Of a stretch of 64,000 nt of DNA, positions 62,472 through 64,000 are shown one piece after another (the first letter of the stretch is position 1; every line of letters begins with the position of its first letter). The stretch spans positions 282,539 to 346,538 of the forward strand of contig NIVC01001300.1 of the NCBI GenBank assembly GCA_002269645.1. The letters run 5' to 3'. Under the pieces are notes generated by a model. The model was not told where the DNA came from and did not search any database. It was given only the letters and a program-made list of their open reading frames with translations. Source of the DNA: Macrostomum lignano. Taxonomy: Eukaryota. Position numbers and translations under genes: made by a program.

Positions 62472-62614
62472 TCAAATGAGGCGCTCCTCAGGCGGTGGCC
62501 TCACAGGTGGCTGGGCCTGCGCGTGGGCGTTGCTCCGGCTCTCAGCCTTGGACGGGCCGTAGGTGCCAGACTCTTTGCGACGGTTCTGCACGTACTTGAA
62601 TAGCAGCACTGCAA
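62472..62614 (-). CDS. crb: Terminal exon of canonical Crumbs (end of TM and cytoplasmic tail); the rest of the gene lies beyond 64000
   Basis: Minus strand ttccag|tt gca gtg... translates AVLLFKYVQNRRKESGTYGPSKAESRSNAHAQAQPPVRPPPEERLI*, with the FERM-binding GTYxPSxxE and the PDZ-binding ERLI. Not listed in the ORF track. Confidence 0.95.
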
Positions 62615-62747
62615 CTGGAAGTTCGGGTTGAAATAAAAATTAAATAATAACAATTAAGTCATTTTACGATTAGCTTACTTTTAGTAGAGTTTGCCGGCTT
62701 AGAAATTTAAACTTTGCATAAGACCGGTTCAGGAAGTGGATTAATAC

Positions 62748-64000
62748 AGATTGATAACTGATTACAGCAGATTGATAACTGATTACTGCAGATTGATAAC
62801 TATTACAGCAGATTGATAATTGTTTACAGCAGATTGATAACTGATTACTCTAGATTGATAACTGATTACTGCAGATTGATAGCTGATTACTCTAGATTGA
62901 TAACTGATTACTGCAGATTGATAACTGATTACTGCAGATTGATAACTGATTACTATAGATTGATAATTGTTTACAGCAGATTGATAACTGATTACTGTAG
63001 ATTGACAACTGATTACTGCAGATTGATAGCTGATTACTCTAGATTGATAACTGATTACTGCAGATTGATAACTGATTACTGCAGATTGATAACTGATTAC
63101 TATAGATTGATAATTGTTTACAGCAGATTGATAACTGATTACTGTAGATTGACAACTGATTACTGCAGATTGATAACTGATTACTGCAGATTGATAACTG
63201 ATTACAGCAGATTGATAACTGATTACAGCAGATTGATAACTGATTACAGCAGATTGATAACTGATTACAGCAGATTGATAACTGATTATTGCAGATTGAT
63301 AACTGATTATTGCAGATTGATAACTGATTACGGCAGATTGATAACTGATTACTGCAGATTGATAATTGTTACAGCAGATTGATAACTGATTACTGCAGAT
63401 TGATAACTGATTACAGCAGATTGATAACTGATTACTGCAGATTGATAACTGATTACTGCAGATTGATCATTGTTTACAGCAGATTGATAACTGATTACTC
63501 TAGATTGATAACTGATTACTGCAGATTGATAGCTGATTACTCTAGATTGATAACTGATTACTCCAGATTGATAACTGATTACTGCAGATTGATAACTGAT
63601 TACTGCAGATTGATAACTGATTACTGCAGATTGATAACTGATTACTGCAGATTGATAACTGATTACTGCAGATTGATAATTGTTTCAGCAGATTGATAAC
63701 TGATTACTGTAGATTGACAACTGATTACTGCAGATTGATAACTGATTACTGCAGATTGATAACTGATTACAGCAGATTGATAACTGATTACAGCAGATTG
63801 ATAACTGATGACAGCAGATTGATAACTGATTACAGGATTGATAACTGATTATTGCAGATTGATAACTGATTATTGCAGATTGATAACTGATTACTGCAGA
63901 TTGATAACTGATTACTGCAGATTGATAACTGATTACTGCAGATTGATAACTGATTACTGCAGATTGATAACTGATTACAGCAGATTGATAACTGATTACT
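62748..64000. repeat. 21-bp minisatellite (agattgataactgattactgc), >1.2 kb, in the last intron of crb
   Basis: Directly visible; runs off the end of the window. Confidence 0.97.

Noticed and set aside
62813-63696. LITDYCR-repeat ORFs
   Set aside because: Translation of a 21-bp minisatellite in the crb intron.

Overview
Eukaryotic, intron-rich animal DNA; the GC-rich exons, short introns and many minisatellites suggest a flatworm such as Macrostomum, but the species cannot be determined from sequence alone. The window is dominated by a + strand tandem array of Crumbs-like EGF/laminin-G (LamG) membrane-protein genes: copy A (3' part, 1-3840), a 5' module B (7178-7856), C (11052-18050), D (20652-25783, three frameshifts), E (29171-35213, intact), F (42328-53094, one frameshift) and an orphan fragment G (~60452-60733). 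The array converges on the last exon of a canonical crumbs gene on the - strand (62472-62614, GTYGPS...PPPEERLI*), which the ORF track misses. The paralogs are mosaics that differ in EGF and LamG number, share an RSRR furin-type site followed by a highly divergent segment, and lack the Crumbs tail. A, D, E and F end in GVRVGHLR...PQEVFF*, whereas C has a three-exon tyrosine-motif (ITIM-like) tail. Also present: a full-length SRP (7SL) RNA gene plus a decayed copy, a 4.1-kb element with 400-bp TIRs and a 6-bp TSD, a 2.2-kb TG...CA element with a 4-bp TSD, LINE/Gypsy/hAT remnants, MITEs and several minisatellites. All gene models were spliced by eye and are unvalidated.
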